A stretch of 64,000 bases of DNA from Eledone cirrhosa (lineage: Eukaryota): contig OZ024744.1 of NCBI GenBank assembly GCA_964016885.1, forward strand, positions 103,292,001 to 103,356,000, read 5' to 3'. Position 1 is the stretch's first letter, and the number at the start of each line of letters is the position of its first letter. Position numbers and translations under genes: made by a program. Below are positions 1 to 15,100 of the stretch, one piece after another. Below the pieces are notes generated by a model. It did no database searches, was not told the DNA's origin, and saw only the letters and a program-made list of their open reading frames with translations.

Positions 1-1740
1 AGGTTATCATGTTTATGACACAGAAGAATGTAGTAGGTGTGTATATCACCAACACTAGGTAGGTTATCATGTTTATGACACAGAAGAATATAGTAGGTGT
101 GTATATCACTAACACTAGGTAGGGTATCATGTTTATGACACAGAAGAATGTAGTAGGTGTGTATATCACCAACACTAGGTAGGTTATCATGTTTATGACA
201 CAGAAGAATGTAGTAGGTGTGTATATCACCAACACTAGGTATGTTATCATGTTTATGACATAGAAGAATGTAGTAGGTGTGTAAATCACCAACACTAGGT
301 AGGTTATCATGTTTATGACACAGAAGAATGTAGTAGGTGTGTATATCACCAACACTAGGTAGGTTATCATGTTTATGACATAGAAGAATGTAGTAGGTGT
401 GTATATCACCAACACTAGGTAGGTTATCATGTTTATGACACAGAAGAATGTAGTAGGTGTGTATATCACCAACACTAGGTAGGTTATCATGTTTGTAACA
501 TAGAAGAATGTAGTAGGTGTGTATATCACCAACACTAGGTAGGTTATCATGCTTATGACACAGAAGAATGTAGTAGGTGTGTATATCACCAACACTAGGT
601 AGGTTATCATGTTTATGACACAGAAGAATGTAGTAGGTGTGTATATCACCAACACTAGGTAGGTTATCATGTTTATGACATAGAAGAATGTAGTAGGTGT
701 GTATACCACCAACACTAGGTAGGTTATCATGTTTATGACATAGAAGAATGTAGTAGGTGTGTATATCACCAACACTAGGTAGGTTATCATGTTTATGACA
801 CAGAGGAACGTAGTAGGTGTGTATATCACCAACACTAGGTAGGTTATCATGTTTATGACACAGAAGAATGTAGTAGGTGTGTATATCACCAACACTAGGT
901 AGGTTATCATGTTTATGACATAGAAGAATGTAGTAGGTGTGTATATCACCAACACTAGGTAGGTTAACATGTTTATGACATAGAAGAATGTAGTAGGTGT
1001 GTATATCACCAACACTAGGTAGGTTATCATGTTTATAACACAGAAGAATGTAGTAGGTGTGTATATCACCAACACTAGGTAGGTTATCATGTTTATGACA
1101 TAGAAGAATGTAGTAGGTGTGTATATCACCAACACTAGGTAGGTTATCATGTTTATGACACAGACGAATGTAGTAGGTGTGTATATCACCAACACTAGGT
1201 AGGTTATCATGTTTATGACATAGAAGAATGTAGTAGTTGTGTATATCACCAACACTAGGTAGGTTATCATGTTTATGACATAGAAGAATGTAGTAGGTGT
1301 GTATATCACCAACACTAGGTAGGTTATCATGTTTATGACATAGAAGAATGTAGTAGATGTGTATATCACCAACACTAGGTAGGTTATCATGTTTATGACA
1401 TAGAAGAATGTAGTAGGTGTGTATATCATCAACACAAGGTAGGTTATCATGTTCATGACATAGAAGAATGTAGTAGGTGTGTATATCACCAACACTAGGT
1501 AGGTTATCATGTTTATGACACAGAAGAATGTAGTAGGTGTGTAAATCACCAACACTAGGTAGGTTATCATGTTTATGACATAGAAGAATGTAGTAGGTGT
1601 GTATATCACCAACACTAGGTAGATTATCATGTTTATGACATAGAAGAATGTAGTAGGTGTGTATATCACCAACACTAGGTAGGTTATCATGTTTATGACA
1701 TAGAAGAATGTAGTAGGTGTGTATATCACCAACACTAGGT

Positions 1741-4700
1741 AGGTTATCATGTTTATGACACAGAAGAATATAGTAGGTGTGTATATCACTAACACTAGGT
1801 AGGGTATCATGTTTATGACACAGAAGAATGTAGTAGGTGTGTATATCACCAACACTAGGTAGGTTATCATGTTTATGACACAGAAGAATGTAGTAGGTGT
1901 CTATATCACCAACACTAGGTAGGTTATCATGTTTATGACATAGAAGAATGTAGTAGGTGTGTATATCACCAACACTAGGTAGGTTATCATGTTTATGACA
2001 TAGAAGAATGTAGTAGGTGTGTATATCACCAACACTAGGTAGATTATCATGTTTATGACATAGAAGAATGTAGTAGGTGTGTATATCACCAACACTAGGT
2101 AGGTTATCATGTTTATTATACGGAAGAATGTAGTAGGTGTGTATATCACCAACACTAGGTAGGTTATCATGTTTATGACATAGAAGAATGTAGTAGGTGT
2201 GTATATCACCAACACTACGTAGGTTATCATGTTTATGACATAGAAGAATATAGTAGGTGTGTATATCACCAACACTAGGTAGGTTATCATGTTTATGACA
2301 CAGAAGAATGTAGTAGGTGTGTAAATCACCAACACTAGGTAGGTTATCATGTTTATGACACAGAAGAATATAGTAGGTGTGTATATCACCAACACTAGGT
2401 AGGTTATCATGTTTATGACACAGAAGAATATAGTAGGTGTGTATATCACCAACACTAGGTAGGTTATCATGTTTATGACATAGAAGAATGTAGAAGGTGT
2501 GTATATCACCAACACTAGGTAGGTTATCATGTTTATGACATAGAAGAATGTAGTAGGTGTGTATATCACCAACACTAGGTAGGTTATCATGTTTATGACA
2601 CAGAAGAATGTAGTAGGTGTGTAAATCACCAACACTAGGTAGGTTATCATGTTTATGACACAGAAGAATATAGTAGGTGTGTATATCACCAACACTAGGT
2701 AGGTTATCATGTTTATGACATAGAAGAATGTAGTAGGGGTGTATATCACCAACACTAGGTAGGTTATCATGTTTATGACACAGAAGAATGTAGTAGGTGT
2801 GTATATCACCAACACTGGGTAGGTTATCATGTTTATGACATAGAAGAATGTAGTAGGTGTGTATATCACCAACACTAGGTAGGTTAACATGTTTATGACA
2901 TAGAAGAATGTAGTAGGTGTGTATATCACCAACACTAGGTAGGTTATCATGTTTATGACATAGAAGAATGTAGTAGGTGTGTATATATCCAACACTAGGT
3001 AGGTTAACATGTTTATGACATAGAAGAATGTAGTAGGTGTGTAAATCACCAACACTAGGTAGGTTATCATGTTTAAGACATAGAATAATGTAGTAGGTGT
3101 GTATATCACCAACACTAGGTAGGTTATCATGTTTATGACATAGAAGAATGTAGTAGGTGTGTATACCACCAACACTAGGTAGGTTATCATGTTTATGACA
3201 CAGAAGAATGTAGTAGGTGTGTATATCACCAACACTAGGTAGGTTATCATGTTTATGACATAGAAGAATGTAGTAGGTGTGTAAATCACCAACACTAGGT
3301 AGGTTAACATGTTTATGATATAGAAGAATGTAGTAGGTGTGTATATCACCAACACTAGGTAGGTTATCATGTTTATCACATAGAAGAATGTAGTAGGTGT
3401 GTATGTCACCAACACTAGGTAGATTATCATGTTTATGACATAGAAGAATGTAGTAGGTGTGTATATCACCAACACTAGGTAGGTTATCATGTTTATGACA
3501 TAGAAGAATGTAGTAGGTGTGTATATCACCAACACTAGGTAGGTTATCATGTTTATGACACAGAAGAATGTAGTAGGTGTGTATATCACCAACACTAGGT
3601 AGGTTATCATGTTTATGACACAGAAGAATGTAGTAGGTGTGTATATCACCAACACTAGGTAGGTTATCATGTTTATGACATAGAAGAATGTAGTAGGTGT
3701 GTATATCACCAACACTAGGTAGGTTATCATGTTTATGATACAGAAGAATGTAGTAGGTGTGTAAATCACTAACACTAGGTAGGTTATCATGTTTATGACA
3801 CAGAAGAATGTAGTAGGTGTGTAAATCACTAACACTAGGTAGGTTATCATGTTTATGACACAGAAGAATATAGTAGGTGTGTATATCACCAACACTAGGT
3901 AGGTTATCATGTTTATGACATAGAAGAATATAGTAGGTGTGTATATCACCAACACTAGGTAGGTTATCATGTTTATGACACAGAAGAATGTAGTAGCTGT
4001 GTATATCACCAACACTAGGTAGGTTATCATGTTTATGACACAGAGGAACGTAGTAGGTGTGTATATCACCAACACTAGGTAGGTTATCATGTTTATGACA
4101 CAGAAGAATATAGTAGGTGTGTATATCACTAACACTAGGTAGGGTATCATGTTTATGACACAGAAGAATGTAGTAGGTGTGTATATCACCAACACTAGGT
4201 AGGTTATCATGTTTATGACACAGAAGAATGTAGTAGGTGTCTATATCACCAACACTAGGTAGGTTATCATGTTTATGACATAGAAGAATGTAGTAGGTGT
4301 GTATATCACCAACACTAGGTAGGTTATCATGTTTATGACATAGAAGAATGTAGTAGGTGTGTATATCACCAACACTAGGTAGATTATCATGTTTATGACA
4401 TAGAAGAATGTAGTAGGTGTGTATATCACCAACACTAGGTAGGTTATCATGTTTATTATACGGAAGAATGTAGTAGGTGTGTATATCACCAACACTAGGT
4501 AGGTTATCATGTTTATGACATAGAAGAATGTAGTAGGTGTGTATATCACCAACACTACGTAGGTTATCATGTTTATGACATAGAAGAATATAGTAGGTGT
4601 GTATATCACCAACACTAGGTAGGTTATCATGTTTATGACACAGAAGAATGTAGTAGGTGTGTAAATCACCAACACTAGGTAGGTTATCATGTTTATGACA

Positions 4701-6180
4701 CAGAAGAATATAGTAGGTGTGTATATCACCAACACTAGGTAGGTTATCATGTTTATGACACAGAAGAATATAGTAGGTGTGTATATCACCAACACTAGGT
4801 AGGTTATCATGTTTATGACATAGAAGAATGTAGAAGGTGTGTATATCACCAACACTAGGTAGGTTATCATGTTTATGACATAGAAGAATGTAGTAGGTGT
4901 GTATATCACCAACACTAGGTAGGTTATCATGTTTATGACACAGAAGAATGTAGTAGGTGTGTAAATCACCAACACTAGGTAGGTTATCATGTTTATGACA
5001 CAGAAGAATATAGTAGGTGTGTATATCACCAACACTAGGTAGGTTATCATGTTTATGACATAGAAGAATGTAGTAGGTGTGTATATATCCAACACTAGGT
5101 AGGTTAACATGTTTATGACATAGAAGAATGTAGTAGGTGTGTAAATCACCAACACTAGGTAGGTTATCATGTTTAAGACATAGAAGAATGTAGTAGGTGT
5201 GTATATGACCAACACTAGGTAGGTTATCATGTTTATGACATAGAAGAATGTAGTAGGTGTGTATACCACCAACACTAGGTAGGTTATCATGTTTATGACA
5301 CAGAAGAATGTAGTAGGTGTGTATATCACCAACACTAGGTAGGTTATCATGTTTATGACATAGAAGAATGTAGTAGGTGTGTAAATCACCAACACTAGGT
5401 AGGTTAACATGTTTATGATATAGAAGAATGTAGTAGGTGTGTATATCACCAACACTAGGTAGGTTATCATGTTTATCACATAGAAGAATGTAGTAGGTGT
5501 GTATGTCACCAACACTAGGTAGATTATCATGTTTATGACATAGAAGAATGTAGTAGGTGTGTATATCACCAACACTAGGTAGGTTATCATGTTTATGACA
5601 TAGAAGAATGTAGTAGGTGTGTATATCACCAACACTAGGTAGGTTATCATGTTTATGAAGTAGAAGAATGTAGTAGGTGTGTATACCACCAACACTAGGT
5701 AGGTTATCATGTTTATGACACAGAAGAATGTAGTAGGTGTGTATATCACCAACACTAGGTAGGTTATCATGTTTATGACATAGAAGAATGTAGTAGGTGT
5801 GTATATCACCAACACTAGGTAGGTTATCATGTTTATGATACAGAAGAATGTAGTAGGTGTGTAAATCACTAACACTAGGTAGGTTATCATGTTTATGACA
5901 CAGAAGAATGTAGTAGGTGTGTAAATCACTAACACTAGGTAGGTTATCATGTTTATGACACAGAAGAATATAGTAGGTGTGTATATCACCAACACTAGGT
6001 AGGTTATCATGTTTATGACATAGAAGAATATAGTAGGTGTGTATATCACCAACACTAGGTAGGTTATCATGTTTATGACACAGAAGAATGTAGTAGCTGT
6101 GTATATCACCAACACTAGGTAGGTTATCATGTTTATGACACAGAGGAACGTAGTAGGTGTGTATATCACCAACACTAGGT
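1741..6180. repeat. Tandem duplication of a 39-monomer block (1741-4080) with a 35-monomer second copy (4081-6180)
   Basis: Rare markers recur at +2340: ctatatc 1901/4241, ttattatacgg in lines 2101/4441, ctacgt 2161/4501, tagaaggt 2461/4801. After 4 monomers (2701-2940) absent from copy 2 they recur at +2100: tatcaca 3361/5461, agctgt 3961/6061. Confidence 0.93.
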
Positions 6181-9100
6181 AGGTTATCATGTTTATGACA
6201 TAGAAGAATGTAGTAGGTGTGTGTATCACCAACACTAGGTAGGTTATCATGTTTATGACATAGAAGAATGTAGTAGGTGTGTATATCACCAACACTAGGT
6301 AGGTTATCATGTTTATGACATAGAAGAATGTAGTAGGTGTGTATATCACCAACACTAGGTAGGTTATCATGTTTATGACATAGAAGAATGTAGTAGGTGT
6401 GTATATCACCAACACTAGGTAGGTTATCATGTTTATGACATAGAAGAATGTAGTAGGTGTGTATATCACCAACACTAGGTAGGTTAACATGTTTATGACA
6501 TAGAAGAATGTAGTAGGTGTGTATACCACCAACACTAGGTAGGTTATCATGTTTATGACATAGAAGAATGTAGTAGGTGTGTATATCACCAACACTAGGT
6601 AGGTTAACATGTTTATGACATAGAAGAATGTAGTAGGTGTGTATACCACCAACACTAGGTAGGTTATCATGTTTATGACATAGAAGAATGTAGTAGGTGT
6701 GTGTATCACCAACACTAGGTAGGTTATCATGTTTATGACATAGAAGAATGTAGTAGGTGTGTATATCACCAACACTAGGTAGGTTAACATGTTTATGACA
6801 TAGAAGAATGTAGTAGGTGTGTATACCACCAACACTAGGTAGGTTATCATGTTTATGACATAGAAGAATGTAGTAGGTGTGTGTATCACCAACACTAGGT
6901 AGGTTATCATGTTTATGACATAGAAGAATGTAGTAGGTGTGTATATCACCAACACTAGATAGGTTATCATGTTTATGACATAGAAGAATGTAGTAGGTGT
7001 GTATATCACCAACACTAGGTAGGTTATCATGTTTATGACATAGAAGAATGTAGTAGGTGTGTATATCACCAACACTAGGTAGGTTATCTTGTTTATGACA
7101 TAGAAGAATGTAGTAGGTGTGTATATCACCAACACTAGGTAGGTTAACATGTTTATGACATAGAAGAATGTAGTAGGTGTGTATACCACCAACACTAGGT
7201 AGGTTATCATGTTTATGACATAGAAGAATGTAGTAGGTGTGTGTATCACCAACACTAGGTAGGTTACCATGTTTATGACATAGAAGAATGTAGTAGGTGT
7301 GTATATCACCAACACTAGGTAGGTTATCATGTTTATGACATAGAAGAATGTAGTAGGTGTGTATATCACCAACACTAGGTAGGTTATCATGTTTATGACA
7401 CAGAGGAACGTAGTAGGTGTGTATATCACCAACACTAGGTAGGTTATCATGTTTATGACACAGAAGAATGTAGTAGGTGTGTATATCACCAACACTAGGT
7501 AGGTTATCATGTTTATGTCATAGAAGAATGTAGTAGGTGTGTATATCACCAACACTAGGTAGGTTATCATGTTTATGATACAGAAGAATGTAGTAGGTGT
7601 GTGTATCACCAACACTAGGTAGGTTATCATGTTTATGACACAGAAGAATGTAGTAGGTGTGTATATCACCAACACTAGGTAGGTTAACATGTTTATGACA
7701 TAGAAGAATGTAGTAGGTGTGTATATCACCAACACTAGGTAGGTTATCATGTTTATGACATAGAAGAATGTAGTAGGTGTGTATGTCACCAACACTAGGT
7801 AGATTATCATGTTTATGACACAGAAGAATGTAGTAGGTGTGTATATCACCAACACTAGGTAGGTTATCATGTTTATGACATAGAAGAATGTAGTAGGTGT
7901 GTATATCACCAACACTAGGTAGGTTATCATGTTTATTATACGGAAGAATGTAGTAGGTGTGTATATCACCAACACTAGGTAGGTTATCATGTTTATGACA
8001 TAGAAGAATGTAGTAGGTGTGTATATCACCAACACTAGGTAGGTTATCATGTTTATGACACAGAAGAATGTAGTAGTTGTGTATATCACCAACACTAGGT
8101 AGGTTATCATGTTTATGACATAGAAGAATGTAGTAGGTGTGTATATCACCAACACTAGGTAGGTTATCATGTTTATGACATAGAAGAATGTAGTAGATGT
8201 GTATATCACCAACACTAGGTAGGTTATCATGTTTATGACATAGAAGAATGTAGTAGGTGTGTATATCACCAACACAAGGTAGGTTATCATGTTTATGACA
8301 CAGAAGAATGTAGTAGGTGTGTATATCACCAACACTAGGTAGGTTATCATGTTTATGACATAGAAGAATGTAGTAGGTGTGTATATCACCAACACTAGGT
8401 AGGTTATCATGTTTATGACATAGAAGAATGTAGTGGGTGTGTATATCACCAACACTAGGTAGGTTATCATGTTTATGACATAGAAGAATGTAGTAGGTGT
8501 GTATATCACCAACACTTGGTAGGTTATCATGTTTATGACATAGAAGAATGTAGTAGATGTGTATATCACCAACACTAGGTAGGTTATCATGTTTATGACA
8601 TAGAAGAATGGAGTAGGTGTGTATATCAACAACACAAGGTAGGTTATCATGTTTATGACACAGAAGAACGTAGTAGGTGTGTATATCACCAACACTAGGT
8701 AGGTTATCATGTTTATGATATAGAAGAATGTAGTAGGTGTGTATATCACCAACACTAGGTAGGTTATCATATTCATGACATAGAAGAATGTAGTAGGTGT
8801 GTATATCACCAACACTAGGTAGGTTATCATGTTTATGACACAGAAGAATGTAGTAGGTGTGTAAATCACCAACACTAGGTAGGTTATCATGTTTATGACA
8901 TAGAAGAATGTAGTAGGTGTGTATATCACCAACACTAGGTAGATTATCATGTTTATGACATAGAAGAATGTAGTAGGTGTGTATATCACCAACACTAGGT
9001 AGGTTATCATGTTTATGACATAGAAGAATGTAGTAGGTGTGTATATCACCAACACTAGGTAGGTTAACATGTTTATGACATAGAAGAATGTAGTAGGTGT

Positions 9101-12100
9101 GTATATCACCAACACTAGGTAGATTATCATGTTTATGACATAGAAGAATGTAGTAGGTGTGTATATCACCAACACTAGGTAGGTTAACATGTTTATGACA
9201 TAGAAGAATGTAGTAGGTGTGTATATCACCAACACTAGGTAGATTATCATGTTTATGACATAGAAGAATGTAGTAGGTGTGTATATCACCAACACTAGGT
9301 AGGTTATCATGTTTATGACATAGAAGAATGTAGTAGGTGTGTATATCACCAACACTAGGTAGATTATCATGTTTATGACATAGAAGAATGTAGTAGGTGT
9401 GTATATCACCAACACTAGGTAGGTTAACATGTTTATGACATAGAAGAATGTAGTAGGTGTGTATGTCACCAACACTAGGTAGGTTATCATGTTTATGACA
9501 TAGAAGAATGTAGTAGGTGTGTATATCACCAACAATAGGTAGGTTATCATGTTTATGACATAGAAGAATGTAGTAGGTGTGTATATCACCAACACTAGGT
9601 AGGTTATCAGGTTTATGACACAGAAGAATATAGTAGGTGTGTATATCACTAACACTAGGTAGGGTATCATGTTTATGACACAGAAGAATGTAGTAGGTGT
9701 GTATATCACCAACACTAGGTAGGTTATCATGTTTATGACACAGAAGAATGTAGTAGGTGTGTATATCACCAACACTAGGTAGGTTATCATGTTTATGACA
9801 TAGAAGAATGTAGTAGGTGTGTAAATCACCAACACTAGGTAGGTTATCATGTTTATGACACAGAAGAATGTAGTAGGTGTGTATGTCACCAACACTAGGT
9901 AGGTTATCATGTTTATGACACAGAAGAATGTAGTAGGTGTGTATGTCACCAACACTAGGTAGGTTATCATGTTTATGACACAGAAGAATGTAGTAGGTGT
10001 GTATATCACCAACACTAGGTAGGTTATCATGTTTATGACATAGAAGAATGTAGTAGGTGTGTATATCACCAACAATAGGTAGGTTATCATGTTTATGACA
10101 TAGAAGAATGTAGTAGGTGTGTATACCACCAACACTAGGTAGGTTATCATGTTTATGACATAGAAGAATGTAGTAGGTGTGTATATCACCAACACTAGGT
10201 AGGTTATCATGTTTATGACACAGAGGAACGTAGTAGGTGTGTATATCACCAACACTAGGTAGGTTATCATGTTTATGACACAGAAGAATGTAGTAGGTGT
10301 GTATATCACCAACACTAGGTAGGTTAACATGTTTATGACATAGAAGAATGTAGTAGGTGTGTATATCACCAACACTAGGTAGGTTATCATGTTTATGACA
10401 CAGAAGAATGTAGTAGGTGTGTATATCACCAACACTAGGTAGGTTATCATGTTTATGACATAGAAGAATGTAGTAGGTGTGTATATCACCAACACTAGGT
10501 AGGTTATCATGTTTATGACATAGAAGAATGTAGTAGGTGTGTATATCACCAACACTAGGTAGGTTAACATGTTTATGACATAGAAGAATGTAGTAGGTGT
10601 GTATATCACCAACACTAGGTAGGTTATCATGTTTATGACATAGAAGAATGTAGTAGGTGTGTATATATCCAACACTAGGTAGGTTAACATGTTTATGACA
10701 TAGAAGAATGTAGTAGGTGTGTAAATCACCAACACTAGGTAGGTTATCATGTTTAAGACATAGAAGAATGTAGTAGGTGTGTATATCACCAACACTAGGT
10801 AGGTTATCATGTTTATGACATAGAAGAATGTAGTAGGTGTGTATACCACCAACACTAGGTAGGTTATCATGTTTATGACACAGAAGAATGTAGTAGGTGT
10901 GTATATCACCAACACTAGGTAGGTTATCATGTTTATGACATAGAAGAATGTAGTAGGTGTGTAAATCACTAACACTAGGTAGGTTATCATGTTTATGACA
11001 CAGAAGAATATAGTAGGTGTGTATATCACCAACACTAGGCAGGTTATCATGTTTATGACATAGAAGAATGTAGTAGGTGTGTATATCACCAACACTAGGT
11101 AGGTTATCATGTTTATGACACAGAGGAACGTAGTAGGTGTGTATATCACCAACACTAGGTAGGTTATCATGTTTATGACACAGAAGAATGTAGTAGTTGT
11201 GTATATCAGCAACACTAGGTAGGTTATCATGTTTATGACATAGAAGAATGTAGTAGGTGTGTATATCACCAACACTAGGTAGGTTATCATGTTTATGACA
11301 TAGAAGAATGTAGTAGATGTGTATATCACCAACACTAGGTAGGTTATCATGTTTATGACATAGAAGAATGTAGTAGGTGTGTATATCACCAACACAAGGT
11401 AGGTTATCATGTTTATGACACAGAAGAATGTAGTAGGTGTGTATATCACCAACACTAGGTAGGTTATCATGTTTATGACATAGAAGAATGTAGTAGGTGT
11501 GTATATCACCAACACTAGGTAGGTTATCATGTTTATGACATAGAAGAATGTAGTAGGTGTGTATATCACCAACACTAGGTAGGTTATCATGTTTATGACA
11601 CAGAAGAATGTAGTAGGTGTGTAAATCACCAACACTAGGTAGGTTATCATGTTTATGACATAGAAGAATGTAGTAGGTGTGTATATCACCAACACTAGGT
11701 AGATTATCATGTTTATGACATAGAAGAATGTAGTAGGTGTGTATATCACCAACACTAGATAGGTTATCATGTTTATGACATAGAAGAATGTAGTAGGTGT
11801 GTATATCACCAACACTAGGTAGGTTATCATGTTTATGACATAGAAGAATGTAGTAGGTGTGTATATCACCAACACTAGGTAGGTTATCATGTTTATGACA
11901 CAGAAGAATATAGTAGGTGTGTATATCACTAACACTAGGTAGGGTATCATGTTTATGACACAGAAAAATGTAGTAGGTGTGTATATCACCAACACTAGGT
12001 AGGTTATCATGTTTATGACACAGAAGAATGTAGTAGGTGTGTATATCACCAACACTAGGTATGTTATCATGTTTATGACATAGAAGAATGTAGTAGGTGT

Positions 12101-15100
12101 GTAAATCACCAACACTAGGTAGGTTATCATGTTTATGACACAGAAGAATGTAGTAGGTGTGTATATCACCAACACTAGGTAGGTTATCATGTTTATGACA
12201 TAGAAGAATGTAGTAGGTGTGTATATCACCAACACTAGGTAGGTTATCATGTTTATGACACAGAAGAATGTAGTAGGTGTGTATATCACCAACACTAGGT
12301 AGGTTATCATGTTTATAACATAGAAGAATGTAGTAGGTGTGTATATCACCAACACTAGGTAGGTTATCATGTTTATGACACAGAAGAATGTAGTAGGTGT
12401 GTATATCACCAACACTAGGTAGGTTATCATGTTTATGACACAGAAGAATGTAGTAGGTGTGTATATCACCAACACTAGGTAGGTTATCATGTTTATGACA
12501 TAGAAGAATGTAGTAGGTGTGTATACCACCAACACTAGGTAGGTTATCATGTTTATGACATAGAAGAATGCAGTAGGTGTGTATATCACCAACACTAGGT
12601 AGGTTATCATGTTTATGACACAGAGGAACGTAGTAGGTGTGTATATCACCAACACTAGGTAGGTTATCATGTTTATGACACAGAAGAATGTAGTAGGTGT
12701 GTATATCACCAACACTAGGTAGGTTAACATGTTTATGACATAGAAGAATGTAGTAGGTGTGTATATCACCAACACTAGGTAGGTTATCATGTTTATGACA
12801 CAGAAGAATGTAGTAGGTGTGTATATCACCAACACTAGGTAGGTTATCATGTTTATGACATAGAAGAATGTAGTAGGTGTGTATATCACCAACACTAGGT
12901 AGGTTATCATGTTTATGACACAGAAGAATGTAGTAGGTGTGTATATCACCAACACTAGGTAGGTTATCATGTTTATGACACAGAAGAATGTAGTAGATGT
13001 GTATATCACCAACACTAGGTAGGTTATCATGTTTATGACATAGAAGAATGTAGTAGGTGTGTATATATCCAACACTAGGTAGGTTAACATGTTTATGACA
13101 TAGAAGAATGTAGTAGGTGTGTAAATCACCAACACTAGGTAGGTTATCATGTTTAAGACATAGAAGAATGTAGTAGGTGTGTATATCACCAACACTAGGT
13201 AGGTTATCATGTTTATGACATAGAAGAATGTAGTAGGTGTGTATACCACCAACACTAGGTAGGTTATCATGTTTATGACACAGAAGAATGTAGTAGGTGT
13301 GTATATCACCAACACTAGGTAGGTTATCATGTTTATGACATAGAAGAATGTAGTAGGTGTGTATATCACCAACACTAGGTAGGTTATCATGTTTATGACA
13401 TAGAAGAATATAGTAGGTGTGTATATCACCAACACTAGGTAGGTTATCATGTTTATGACATAGAAGAATGTAGTAGGTGTGTATATCACCAACACTAGGT
13501 AGGTTATCATGTTTATGACACAGACGAATGTAGTAGGTGTGTATATCACCAACACTAGGTAGGTTATCATGTTTATGACATAGAAGAATGTAGTAGGTGT
13601 GTATATCACCAACACTAGGTAGGTTATCATGTTTATGACACAGACGAATGTAGTAGGTGTGTATATCACCAACACTAGGTAGGTTATCATGTTTATGACA
13701 TAGAAGAATGTAGTAGGTGTGTATATCACCAACACTAGGTAGGTTATCATGTTTATGACACAGACGAATGTAGTAGGTGTGTATATCACCAACACTAGGT
13801 AGGTTATCATGTTTATGACATAGAAGAATGTAGTAGGTGTGTATATCACCAACACTAGGTAGGTTATCATGTTTATGACATAGAAGAATGTAGTAGGTGT
13901 GTAAATCACCAACACTAGGTAGGTTATCATGTTTATGACATAGAAGAATGTAGTAGGTGTGTATATCACCAACACTAGGTAGATTATCATGTTTATGACA
14001 TAGAAGAATGTAGTAGGTGTGTATATCACCAACACTAGGTAGGTTATCATGTTTATGACATAGAAGAATGTAGTAGGTGTGTATATCACCAACACTAGGT
14101 AGGTTATCATGTTTATGACATAGAAGAATGTAGTAGGTGTGTATATCACCATCACTAGGTAGGTTATCATGTTTATGACATAGAAGAATGTAGTAGGTGT
14201 GTATACCACCAACACTAGGTAGGTTATCATGTTTATGACACAGAAGAATGTAGTAGGTGTGTATATCACCAACACTAGGTAGGTTATCATGTTTATGACA
14301 TAGAAGAATGTAGTAGATGTGTATATCACCAACACTAGGTAGGTTATCATGTTTATGACATAGAAGAATGTAGTAGGTGTGTATACCACCAACACTAGGT
14401 AGGTTATCATGTTTATGCCACAGAAGAATGTAGTAGGTGTGTATATCACCAACACTAGGTAGGTTATCATGTTTATGACATAGAAGAATGTAGTAGATGT
14501 GTATATCACCAACACTAGGTAGGTTATCATGTTTATGACACAGAAGAATGTAGTAGGTGTGTATATCACCAACACTAGGTAGGTTATCATGTTTATGACA
14601 TAGAAGAATGTAGTAGGTGTGTATATCACCAACACTAGGTAGGTTATCATGTTTATGACATAGAAGAATGTAGTAGGTGTGTATATCACCAGCACTAGGT
14701 AGGTTATCATGTTTATGACATAGAAGAATGTAGTAGGTGTGTATATCACCAACACTAGGTAGATTATCATGTTTATGACATAGAAGAATGTAGTAGGTGT
14801 GTATATCACCAACACTAGGTAGGTTATCATGTTTATGACATAGAAGAATGTAGTAGGTGTGTATATCACCAACACTAGGTAGATTATCATGTTTATGACA
14901 TAGAAGAATGTAGTAGGTGTGTATATCACCAACACTAGGTAGGTTAACATGTTTATGACATAGAAGAATGTAGTAGGTGTGTATGTCACCAACACTAGGT
15001 AGGTTATCATGTTTATGACATAGAAGAATGTAGTAGGTGTGTATATCACCAACACTAGGTAGGTTATCATGTTTATGACATAGAAGAATGTAGTAGGTGT

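Noticed and set aside
44-61. TATCACC resembling the lambda CI/Cro operator half-site
   Set aside because: It is a 7-bp match with no properly spaced second half-site and no phage context, so chance is sufficient.
56-64. Telomeric TTAGG-like repeat
   Set aside because: Only isolated TAGGT motifs occur inside a complex 60-mer, with no tandem telomeric tract.
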